Positions 54,901 to 64,000 of a stretch of DNA of 64,000 bases are shown one piece after another. The position numbers and the translations under genes were made by a program. Below the pieces are notes generated by a model, which had not been told where the DNA came from, did no database searches, and was given only the letters and a program-made list of their open reading frames with translations. The first letter of the stretch is position 1. Every line of letters begins with the position of its first letter. Source of the DNA: Okamejei kenojei (taxonomy: Eukaryota); NCBI GenBank assembly GCA_035221665.1, contig CM069158.1:33418001-33482000 (forward strand). Reading direction: 5' to 3'.

Positions 54901-55990
54901 GCTTCATATATCCTTGTGTTTCATTCTTAGACAGATCAAAAACACGATGAAGGTTCCACTTGGTGAAACCAAAATGTATAAAAATAGCCTTTATTAAAAT
55001 CTGACAATGTGCACTTTAACTACATGTGATTATAAATCTCAAATTGTGGAGTACAGAGGCAAATAAATAAATGACGGGTTTTTGTCCCAAACATTATGGA
55101 GGGAACTGTATAACTGCTTTCACTCGGGTTGGATTTGGATTGCCTGTATTAGAACAGGTTTTCATTTTTGTTAACCAAATGGACTTCTGGTGTGTCCAGC
55201 AGTGATGCTCTCTTGGCGTCTATCAAGCTGTCATTTTGCAAATAAACTGTGTTACAATTTGTAGCTAGTATTTTTTAAATGGTCAAATGATTAGTCTCTA
55301 TGGAACTGAATTAATTCTTATTCTTCACTCATTTGTGGTCAGGAATTTTCAGCCTCCCCCTCCGGGACTTGATATTGAATTCAACAATTTCAGATAACCA
55401 GCCTGACCTGTTTGGTTTGAAACTGATCAGTTTGATTTAAGCTTCTCTCCAGAGATTCTGCCAATTATTTGCTGTATTGCTTTTTGTTTCAGCACTTCTG
55501 ATAACTGCGACATTCTGCCCCTCTCACTTCCAGCATGTTATTTTGATTTTCTTCTTTCTAACTGTCCTCCAACATCTCTCAAAATGATGGCTCTGAAACA
55601 ATTATATCACCTGGACAACTGTGGTCTGCACCCTATTACAGATATTGCCTCTGCTCTTGTCACCCCTCCCTGTCACTGCAACTTAAAGCAGACTTGTTTT
55701 CTCGCCAGTTGGGATTAGTGTAAATGGGGCACCTTGTTCGGCGTGGGTAAACTGGGCCAAAGGGCCTGTCTCCATGCTGTATGACTTTGACGCTAGAATA
55801 CCTTTTTATTCCATTCGCTCTAGATTTTAGTGTCTTTGATTAAAACTTCCCTCTTTTAAATAGATGCGGATGTAACACCATGCTGAAATCACCAAACAAA
55901 TCAACAGCAGTTAAACAGTGGGAACAAAGGTGGATCAAGAACTGTCTGTGTGGTGGACTATGGCGTAGATTCCCTATTAGTCTCGCCTGA
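30751..55990 (+). CDS. MED16: Mediator of RNA polymerase II transcription subunit 16, complete, 829 aa, 14 coding exons
   Basis: Exons 30751-30886, 34478-34585, 37978-38147, 39230-39661, 41320-41425, 41804-41956, 43091-43302, 44183-44389, 46266-46476, 47602-47735, 50279-50471, 52871-53087, 54582-54665 and 55864-55990 sum to 2490 nt in one open frame. Starts [11 protein letters not shown]...[12 protein letters not shown]; ends with the Cys cluster SCTRCGC...[17 protein letters not shown], as in vertebrate MED16. Confidence 0.97.
31730..32860 (-). mobile_element. CR1-type LINE 3' fragment
   Basis: [29 protein letters not shown]...[15 protein letters not shown]. Confidence 0.93.
32980..33308 (+). 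mobile_element. CR1-type LINE 3' end, near-identical to 4393-4715
   Basis: [20 protein letters not shown]...[11 protein letters not shown] present in both copies. Confidence 0.92.
33805..34062 (+). mobile_element. 3' end of the same Rex1 family as 27623-29630
   Basis: Reverse-complement match to about 27625-27870; (TGAAT)n tail. Confidence 0.85.
34478..34585 (+). CDS. MED16: MED16 coding exon 2
   Basis: [35 protein letters not shown]; ag/gt. Confidence 0.93.
34603..35734 (-). mobile_element. internally deleted Tc1-like element with nested CR1 3' fragment
   Basis: TA|CAGTGCCCTCCAT...ATGGAGGGCACTG|TA with long TIRs. Minus-strand N-terminal transposase remnant ([15 protein letters not shown]...GKPRKTS) at about 35070-35360; CR1 3' end at about 34857-35063. 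Confidence 0.88.
36318..37932 (+). mobile_element. full-length Tc1 (DD34E) DNA transposon, IR/DR type, transposase disrupted
   Basis: TA|CAGTGGCTTGCAAAAGTATTCAT...ATGAATACTTTTGCAAGCCACTG|TA with about 210-bp TIRs. Transposase 36708-37714 has [14 protein letters not shown] and [11 protein letters not shown] motifs, an in-frame TGA at 36969-36971 and a frameshift near 37395. Confidence 0.96.
36708..37714 (+). pseudogene. Tc1 transposase pseudogene
   Basis: ORF pieces 36681-36971, 36984-37490 and 37454-37714 join into one paired-like HTH plus DDE transposase across one stop and one frameshift. Confidence 0.93.
37978..38147 (+). CDS. MED16: MED16 coding exon 3
   Basis: [25 protein letters not shown]...[14 protein letters not shown]; aag/gt. 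Confidence 0.93.
39230..39661 (+). CDS. MED16: MED16 coding exon 4
   Basis: [34 protein letters not shown]...[12 protein letters not shown]; ag/gt. Confidence 0.95.
40035..40585 (+). mobile_element. CR1-type LINE ORF2 internal fragment
   Basis: [39 protein letters not shown] remnants. Confidence 0.85.
41320..41425 (+). CDS. MED16: MED16 coding exon 5
   Basis: [35 protein letters not shown]; ag/gt. Confidence 0.93.
41804..41956 (+). CDS. MED16: MED16 coding exon 6
   Basis: [34 protein letters not shown]...FFPGM; ag/gt. Confidence 0.93.
43091..43302 (+). CDS. MED16: MED16 coding exon 7
   Basis: [20 protein letters not shown]...[11 protein letters not shown]; ag/gt. Confidence 0.93.
44183..44389 (+). 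CDS. MED16: MED16 coding exon 8
   Basis: [12 protein letters not shown]...[21 protein letters not shown]...ALQQ; ag/gt. Confidence 0.94.
45470..45785 (+). mobile_element. old Deu-domain SINE (SacSINE1/AmnSINE1-like); second copy at about 21400-21780 (-)
   Basis: ggaggtgc...agatgag...gatgtaaaatatccc...caggggagttct...cagattgtctggtcatt...ggttgtgaaaggc resembles the shark Deu-SINE consensus as recalled. Confidence 0.6.
45864..45935 (+). tRNA. tRNA-Ala(TGC)-derived copy, probably a pseudogene, in MED16 intron 8
   Basis: 72 nt CGGGATGCAGCTCAGTGGAAGAGCACAGGCTTTGCATATATGAGACCCTGGGTTCAATCCCCGGCATCTCCA. TGC anticodon, G3:U70, intact D and T arms; C1:C72 mismatch, U8->C and two anticodon-stem mismatches. 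Confidence 0.8.
46266..46476 (+). CDS. MED16: MED16 coding exon 9
   Basis: [17 protein letters not shown]...[28 protein letters not shown]; aag/gt. Confidence 0.93.
47602..47735 (+). CDS. MED16: MED16 coding exon 10
   Basis: [16 protein letters not shown]...[17 protein letters not shown]; ag/gt. Confidence 0.94.
50279..50471 (+). CDS. MED16: MED16 coding exon 11
   Basis: [39 protein letters not shown]...LLTKLWLC; ag/gt. Confidence 0.94.
52871..53087 (+). CDS. MED16: MED16 coding exon 12
   Basis: [33 protein letters not shown]...DIFA; ag/gt. Confidence 0.93.
53168..53896. mobile_element. GC-rich non-autonomous hAT-like element (MITE)
   Basis: Termini CAAGAGCGGAA / TTCCGCCCTTG (11-bp TIR, 1 mismatch); 8-bp TSD CAAATACC (53160-53167) / AAAATACC (53897-53904). 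Confidence 0.75.
53533..53684 (+). repeat. 45-47 bp minisatellite, about 3.3 copies, each with CCAAT
   Basis: CTCCAATCACCGC starts at 53533, 53578, 53623 and 53670. Confidence 0.9.
54582..54665 (+). CDS. MED16: MED16 coding exon 13
   Basis: [27 protein letters not shown]; ag/gt. Confidence 0.92.
54961..55108. mobile_element. solo TIR fragment of the same Tc1-like family as 34603-35734
   Basis: Close match to 35577-35734, ends TGGAGGGAACTG|TA. Confidence 0.85.
55864..55990 (+). CDS. MED16: MED16 last coding exon
   Basis: [41 protein letters not shown]. Confidence 0.94.
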
Positions 55991-58703
55991 ATAACAGCAG
56001 TTAATTTGTACTGGTAATGAAGAAATACACAGCGGAAAATGTTCATTGAAAATTTACTGATGTGCAAAAGACACTGTATATATTGCTTAGAAATGATTTC
56101 TGAACGTTTTAATAGAATTTTTCAAGTAAATTGACTTATTTTCCATTAAGGGCTCAGATTTTTGTTTAATGTCTGCTTTGGTTTTCTCTTGTATTTTCTC
56201 CCGAGGTGATTGAATTCCAGGGTTTTGATGGATGCCGGCTGCCTTTCCTTTGCCCAAGTTATCCATTATTGATGTGCAGCCTTTACAATGATTGTCTCTC
56301 AGCCGTCTTGTGCCGGGGGTAGTATTTCATTCATTTCTATTCTTGCTCAAAGCTGCACATTAACTTTCAGTAAGCTTGAAGTTGGAAACTAATGAGGTTT
56401 TGAAATGGTGCTATGTTGCAGAATAGAATTATAAAGCTGTACAGCCCTTGGCCCACCTTGTCCACACTGGCAATGTTAGTATTCTGGACTTGTCCCATTT
56501 GTTGACATAGACAAAAATCCCTCTAAACCCTTCCAAGCCATATCTGTCCAAATGTCTTTTAAAAGCCGTCATTGGATCTACTTCTATAGCTTGAAGATAA
56601 TCAAAATTCTGGAGTAACTCAGCGGGACAGACCTGGATAGAAGGAATGGGTAACGTTTTGGGTCGAGACCCATCTTCAGACTCGACCCGAAACGTCACCC
56701 ATTTTGTGACTTTCAGCATTATGTGCACTCCAGCATTTTGTGTCTACGATGTAAAAGAGTATCTGCAGTTCCTTCCTACATCTATTTGGCAGCCCAGTCC
56801 AAATAGGAACGGAGTCCTATACCATCCGAGTGGAAAACGTTGCCCCCTGAGGATCCTCTTAAATCTCTCCCCTCTCACTTGGAGCTTATGCCCTCTAGTT
56901 TTAAATTCTCTACTCTGGGGTGAAAAAGACTGAGCATTCGCATCATCCACGCCCCACAGATATTGTACACCTCAATAGGTCACCCCTCAGCCTCGTACAC
57001 CAAAGAAAATAGTCCCAGCCTATCCAACCTCTCCAGAATTGTGAAAAAAAAAATGAAGGCATTATTCCTTCATATTTTAATGAACAGTTAACTGCTTTTA
57101 GTATTTTGAAGAACAGTCCGATGTGGTTTTCAGTACTATTATTTTGCATATCTCGGATAACTATATTTATTAAAAATGTAATGTTTTTCCTTCCATCTTC
57201 TTTAGCCCCTTGATCTTGCAGACTAGAGTAGTGGATACAATTATGACTTTTAAATGAAATTTGAATAGATATGGATGCCAGTTTTCCCGTGGCCTAAACA
57301 TCCTGATCTGTCATAATTCACTCAACATCAGTTTCTAGTTACAGACTCTGGAAATATACTCAATTATTCTGAAGGTTTGCAGGAAATGGTAATAGTACCT
57401 GCTTGGTCTCAGTTACTAGAGCATTCTGAAACTTGTTCATATAAATTCCTCAGATTTGCTCTATATTAATTTATGACAGTCTTGTTCCAAACTACAGTTT
57501 TCTTTCAATTGCCATTAGCCCAGATTAAGATTCTATGTTAGCCACATACCTGTGGAAACAAAATTTACTCTGAAATCTGTTGGCTGTAAACACTGCATGT
57601 TAGAAAAACTAAGACTTAAAACTCCCATTACTAGTCCATTTATGCTGGTCAGTAATTTGAGTAACCCTCCTCCATCAAAAAGCCACACAATTACAAATTG
57701 ATTTGGAAGTAAGTTTTCAGTTTGTGTACAGAACTGTACGTTTCTATAATCTAGGGATAAGGCAGGCACTGGTTATTGATTGGGGACGATCAGCCATGAT
57801 CACAATGAATGGCGGTGCTGGCTTGAAGGGTTGAATGGCCTCCTCCTGCACCTATGTTCTATGTTTCTATGTATAAATTTGAACAGAGACAGATACGTTT
57901 ATAGTCCTGAGATTTGGAGTATCTATAGTTACAAATACCAAGTTCAGAACAGTCATAAACTGTTAAACTTCTAAATTGTGGGAGAAAAAAGTAGTATTCC
58001 GGTGATTTCATTTTGAATGTAGAAATAAGGAACTGCAGATGTGCTGGTTAATACACAAAAGGACACAAAGTGCTGGAGTAACACAGCAAATCGGATGGCA
58101 CCGCTGGAGAACATGTATAGGTTACATTTCAGGTCAGAGAATAAATAGGTGGGAGTCTGGGAAGGAGTCCCTTTGTTTAATTTTGAATGTTCATTCCTAT
58201 ATCTCATGAATATACTTTCAATAGTCTACAAATAAGTGTAGGAGTCTGGTATAAAGTGAGAGGTAGAATGGGATTTTAAATTGTGCACAGGTCTAAATAC
58301 AGGCTCCAGCATCGGCGGGCGAGTTAAAATACTTAAGCTGTTAATGGTACAGCTGATCCCAAATTATAAATATGATACAACTCATAAGTTTTTAAGAAGG
58401 AACTGCAGATGCTGGAAAATCGAAGGTACACAAAAAATTGCTGGAGAAACTTAGTGGGTGCAGCAGCATCTATGGAGCGAAGGAAATAGGCAATGTTTCG
58501 GGACAAAACCCTTCTTCAGAACTAGCTGATAGCCAAATCTCAGCCGGTGAGATGTTGAATAGTCCCAGTGACATTTGCTGTTGCCAATCTAAAGATCTGT
58601 AATAGTATTAAATGTTAGCTCTGCTGGCACAGCAAAAATAAACAGGTTTTCAGTAATGAATAACTTCACAACAGATTTGGGGATTTGCATTTTTCATCTG
58701 TTG

Positions 58704-59732
58704 CTAAACTAATTTCCTGTACAAAGCAGTCGCTCCATACTCTTCAAAGTCTTGGCGAGCTACACACATGTGGTGGAAAGTGGAGAGACCTGCCAAAATG
58801 GACGCTCCTTTCCATGAAAGGTACTTCCTGTTGGAAGGTGCAAGAACCTTCACCTTTCAAAGGAGAAGAAGAAATATGTCAAAGGAGGGATACTGATATT
58901 TACAAATAACAGCATTTTGGAATGCATCTTAAAGGATTGATCTTTGACTTTTTAATTTAATTACAGTATACAAATATGCCTACAGTATGCCTGAAATAAA
59001 TGCTGTTAAATAGCTTACAGTAGCTTACTTCCTTGGCACTTGCTGGAAGAATGCTAATGTAATGAAATGTAGCAGGAGGTCCAGGAATCATACACATCAA
59101 GGCACTGCACATTCTCGCATGGAAAATTACAGAAAGGTACCTTCTTTCCTGGTTTTACAAGGTCTGTCATCTCCTGTTGAATTCTCTCTCCCATGTTTCT
59201 GAACATCGTATTACCACCAGCTAGGACAATGTTGGCATACATATCATCGCAGGTCTCTTCTTTACAATGCTCAATCACAGAATGTGCCAATGAAGGCAAG
59301 TTCTGAATGTCCTTGCCTGAAATACAAGGGGATTGTATCAATAAGGTGTAGTTTTTACTAATGCAAACACCAAAAATAACAGAAATGATTGAAAGCAGAT
59401 CGGGCCACATCTGTAGGAAGAGTAGAGTCAACAATCCTCCCACTAACCAGTGACATTTGAGTTTCGAGTTGTTACAGAATTAATAGTCCACAAACAGGAA
59501 AACCCAGGATGAAATGGGGTCAAACATTCTCAGTTACCTATTAAAAATGGCTTGAACATGACTTCAGGACAGCTGAATTTCTGGTTTGTGATTATCATAT
59601 TTTGCCCGTCTGGAAGCTCATATTCTTCCTTTATTGCATCTGGATTATTCTTGAAGTTCTGGAGCTCTGCTTCAAAATCCAGGGCCACGTAGCAAAATTT
59701 CTCCTTGATATTTCTGATAATATCTAGGCCAG
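58704..59732 (-). CDS. divergent actin-like protein, last three coding exons (5'-partial)
   Basis: Exons 59732-59538 (IRNIKEKFCYVALDFE...YELPDGQ...FSCPEVMFKP), 59316-59141 (DMYANIVLAGGNTMF...ERIQQEM) and 58853-58704 (VKVLAPSNRKYLSWKGASILAGLSTF...YRKLV*). Collinear with actin residues about 204-375, open frame, GT/AG. Upstream exons were not found in 59733-64000. Confidence 0.9.
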
Positions 59733-60269
59733 CTGAGGGAAAATAAAAATCATAAAATTAAAACAATTGAAGCACCAGTCAACTACGTTTGGTAATAAAT
59801 AGATTATAAAGATTTCCCAAAGTCAATGAGACACATTTAGGCAGCGTTGTGTGTCCAGTCTGAAGAAGAGTCCCAACACAAGACGTCCCCTATCCACGTT
59901 CTCCAGAGATGCTGCCTGACCTGACCTGCAGTTCCTCGTTTCTATATCAGGCACGGTAGGGGCTGGTTCTTGGTCGAACTCCTCTTCCTCCACATTTCTT
60001 AGTTCTACTTAAGTATATTTAAAGTTAAGATTGATAATGATGTAAACTGTATCCCTGAGGAGCAAAATATGTCCCTCTTCATCTCAGCATTAAATAAGTA
60101 GACCCTTAGTGAGAAATTATGACATTTCTCACCGCAGGTGAAAGTAATATCAGTGAATAGCAGAGGGAAAACATTCCAGTGGTTAGAGCCAAATCTGACA
60201 AAGATCGTCATGGTTGTTAAATAACAATCATTCCAGCCTCAAGACATTGTCCTGAATAACTCCTGCAGC

Positions 60270-61363
60270 ATTGGTTGGCAGACAGATAATTGGTTGGCAG
60301 ACAGGAAGCAAAGAGTAGGAGTGAATGGGTCCTTTTCAGAATGGCAGGCAGGGGCGAGTGGAGTGCCGCAAGGCTCGGTGTTGGGGCTGCAACTATTTAC
60401 CATATATATTAATGATTTGGAAGAGGGAATTAGGAGCAACACTAGCAAATTTGCGGATGACACAAAGCTGGGTGGCAGTGTGAACTGTGAAGAGGATGTT
60501 AGGAGGTTGCAGGGTGACCTGGGCAGGTTGAGTGAGTGGGCAAATGCAGTATAATATAGATAAATGTGAGGTTATCCACTTTGGCAGCAAAAACAAGGGG
60601 GCAGATTATTATCTCAATGGGGTTGGGTTAGGTTAGGTAAGGGGGAGGTGCAGCAAGACCTGGGTGTCCTTGTACACCAGTCACTGAAAGTTGGCGTGCA
60701 GGTACAGCAGGCAGTGAAGAAAGCTAATGGAATGTTGGCCTTCATAACAAGAGGATTTCAGTAGATTAGATTTTTAGTACTTAGGATAGGAGTAAAGAGG
60801 TTCTTCTGCAGTTGTAAAGGGCTCTGAGTATTATGTACAGTTTTGGTCTTCTAATTTGAGGAAGGACATTCTTGTGATTGAGGCAGTGCAGCGTTGGTTC
60901 CGAGATTGATCGCTGGGATGGTGGGACTGTCATATGAGGGAAGATTAAAAAGACTAGGCTTGTATTCACTGAAGTTTAGAAGGATGAGGGGGAATCTTAT
61001 AGAAACATATAAAATTATAAAAGGACTGGACAAGCTAGATGCAGGAAATGTTCCCAATGTTGGGCGAGTCCAGAACCAGGGGCCACAGTTTTAGAATAAA
61101 GGGGAGGCCATTTAAGACTGAGGTGAGAAAAAACTTTTTCACCCAGAGAGTTGTGAATTTGTGGAATCCCTTGCCACAGAGGGCAGTGGAGGCCAAATCA
61201 CTGGATGGATTTAAGAGAGAGTTAGATAAAGCTCTAGGGGCTAGTGGACTCAAGGGATATGGGGAGAAGGCAGGCACGGGTTATTGATTTGGGACGATCA
61301 GCCATGATGACAGGGCTCGAAGAGACGAATGGCCTCCTACTGCACCTATTTTCTATGTTTCTA
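60270..61363 (+). mobile_element. CR1-type LINE 3' fragment
   Basis: [38 protein letters not shown]; (TTTCTATG)-type tail. Confidence 0.93.
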
Positions 61364-64000
61364 ACTCCTGCAGCATTGTGTCTCAGTTCCTGCATCGATT
61401 ACTTGGTTTTAAATCACGAGGCTAGAAGTGGAGATGCTCATAATTGATTGCCCAACATTGAATTCTGTTAGCAACTTTAGGGCGGTGTGATGGTGCAGCG
61501 GTAGAGTTGCTGCCTTACAGTGCCAGCGACCCGAGTTCAATGATGACTCCAGGTGCTGTCTGTACGCAGTTTGTACGTTTTCTCCGGGATCTTTGGTTTC
61601 CTCCCACACTCCAAAGACGTACAGGTTTGTAGGTTATTTGGCTTGGTATAAATATAAATTGTCCCTAGTGCATGTAGGATAGTGTTAGTGTGGGGATCGC
61701 TGCTTGGTGCGGATTTGGTGGGCTGAGTGGCCTGTTCCCGTGCAGTATCTCTAAACTAAACTGTTTAAAAAAACATTCCACTTCCTCCATGCAACACAAC
61801 CCAGACAACATTAAGGCATGGGGTGACGTAATATTTTGATGATATAAGTGCTAGGCAATGGCCAGATTCAATGAGAGAGGGTCCTGTCACTTCCTCATTG
61901 ACTCTCTGCATCTATTCACCTGGAGTTCACCATTGATCAGAAACTCATCTGGGACAGCAGAAAATATTAGTCACAGACTGGGTATCTCCACGACAAGGGG
62001 CTCTCCATTTGCCAAGCAAAGCCATTTCAGCATCTATTACACTCCGAATACACTTCAGAGTGCATTACTCCGAATACACTTCAAAGTATTTATTCAAAGG
62101 TTTGTTTATTGTCACGTGTACCAAGGTAGTGAAACTGGAATTAAGAGTGCAATCAAATACTTCCTTGAATGCACATATGCAAGGACATAGAAATAACCTG
62201 AGAATTTAAAACTTGAAGAACACTAGAGGCCCCGACTACGGGTGAACAGTGGGGAACATCAGGGGAAGAGACTGACTTTGGTGCCTTCCCTCACAGTGGG
62301 AAATTTTGATCCTGCTGTGGGGATGTTTTATGTTGAATTCTATCAACTCTGTTGTGTTCTTTATTTTTACCATGGTTATTTCATTTCACTGTGCCAATTG
62401 GCACACGTGACAAATATTTTTTTACTAACTAACTACTAACTTCATACAACCTAAATATCCATTCCTTCCACTGCTAGCACATTGTGGCAACAAAAATGCT
62501 GCAATTACTCACCTAGAACATCTCCCCAACTCTCTGTGAGGTGAAGGCACCTGATGCTTGTGAATATCAGCACTCGAATATTCCTCTCCAAGTTGCACGT
62601 CATTCTGACTTGTTCCTTTATGATCATGGGTTCAGGTCCTGGAGCACTCTACCTTGCAGCAATATGTGAGCATCTTTATCTAGAAGACTGCAGTGATTCA
62701 AGTAGCCCATCACCACTTTTCAAATCAACCAGGGATTCCACATCCTGAACAATTAATCAAAAATATTCCTCTCTCCATAATGCCATCCACCATCATAGTT
62801 TTGCCTATTAAGCTGTTTATATAATTTTGCATACCTTAGGCAACTTCCTAAATTTGCTTTCTCGTCTGTTTTTGAAAATGCAACGTTGCTACATTGAAAT
62901 ATGAGCCCTTGGGACTCTATGCTAGTTCACATTGCAATGCCATTCCCCAATGAATTTTGCCTGTAAACGATTCTCTCTACATTCCAATCAACTCCACCCC
63001 ACAACTCGTCCCTACACATGAGGACCAATGTAGATTGGCCAGTTCATTTGTATCTGTAAGATGCGGTAGGAAACCCACAGGGTCACAGAGGGACACACGT
63101 TCCGCAGAGAGGAATTTAACGTCGGGAGCGAAACTGGATCACTGACACTGAAGCACTAGCACTACTACCTACATTCCTGTGCCACCCAAATAAATTGGTT
63201 CCTTCATCTAAATCAATATTGTTGAGGCCACAACACTGGGTCTCTGGAACCACATTAGTTATAATCGGTCAACCTGAAATGTACCCTACCACATTAATAT
63301 ATTTTTGCAAATCCAGATGTACCATACCCACTGGTTCCTGGTATCCTTTCTGCTAATTGCATCCTCAATTTAGTCTACTAAAATAACAAAGCAATTTTCC
63401 ATTCTTATGCATGTAGATTTTACATGATTTTATTACGACGTTCTAAATATCCTACTACCTACACAATAATTATTTCCAGCGTTCCAAAAGGAAGATCGAG
63501 GACTACATGACGTAGTTTCCTGTTTTATTTGTCCTTTTCTTTCCATTTATTGTTTCAATATTCACTGGGAAGTTCCAAAATCTGCCAAATTTTGGAAGAT
63601 CACCACCAGTGCTTCTCCATCTGTAGCTGCTTCCCTTAAAACTTTAGAATATAGGCAGTCCAGTCCAGCAGACATGTTAGCCTTCAATTAATTTAGTTTG
63701 GCTCATACATTTCTGCTAATAATAATGTAGGAACTGCAGATACTGGTTTACACAGAAGATAGACACAAAATGCTGGAGTAACTCAGCAGGGCAGGTAGCA
63801 TTTCTGGATAGTAGGAGTTACTTCTATCCAGAGATGCTGCCTGTCCCGCTAAGTTACTCCAGCATTTAGTGTCTATCTTCAGCTAATAATTGTGATTGTT
63901 TTAAATTCCTTCTGTCTTTTTTATCTTTAATTTCTTATTCCTTTGGTATCTTCTACTGAAGATAGGAGGGTGGCACCACAGGTAGTGCTACTGCCATAGT

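Noticed and set aside
62513-62550. Possible 38-nt minus-strand exon (ag...gtgagt) upstream of the actin-like exons
   Set aside because: Not actin-like in translation and the length is not a multiple of three; no support without transcripts.

Overview
Vertebrate genomic DNA, most likely a cartilaginous fish (skate/ray-like, inferred from HE1/V-SINE, Deu-domain SINE, CR1 and Rex1/Babar content). Four spliced genes could be read by hand. (1) R3HDM4 (+): coding exons 2-8, 3301-16438, exon 1 not found. (2) A complete 129-aa ISCA1-type Fe-S assembly gene (-), 20151-25901. (3) A complete 829-aa MED16 (+): 14 coding exons, 30751-55990. (4) The last three exons of a strongly diverged, intron-containing actin-like gene (-), 58704-59732. 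Introns and spacers are dense with repeats: CR1 and Rex1/Babar LINE fragments, SINEs, a nearly intact 1.6-kb Tc1 transposon, a deleted Tc1, a hAT-like MITE and a degenerate tRNA-Ala. There are also more than 10 copies of a short, often fold-back, TSD-flanked element carrying a minimal hammerhead-ribozyme-like core of the Penelope type. The main leads are an ISCA1 gene inside the R3HDM4-MED16 block (possible retained whole-genome-duplication paralog), the hammerhead-bearing mini-retroelements, and the divergent actin with a shifted intron. Exon boundaries were read from GT/AG sites and reading frame; repeat boundaries and family names are approximate and no database search was run.
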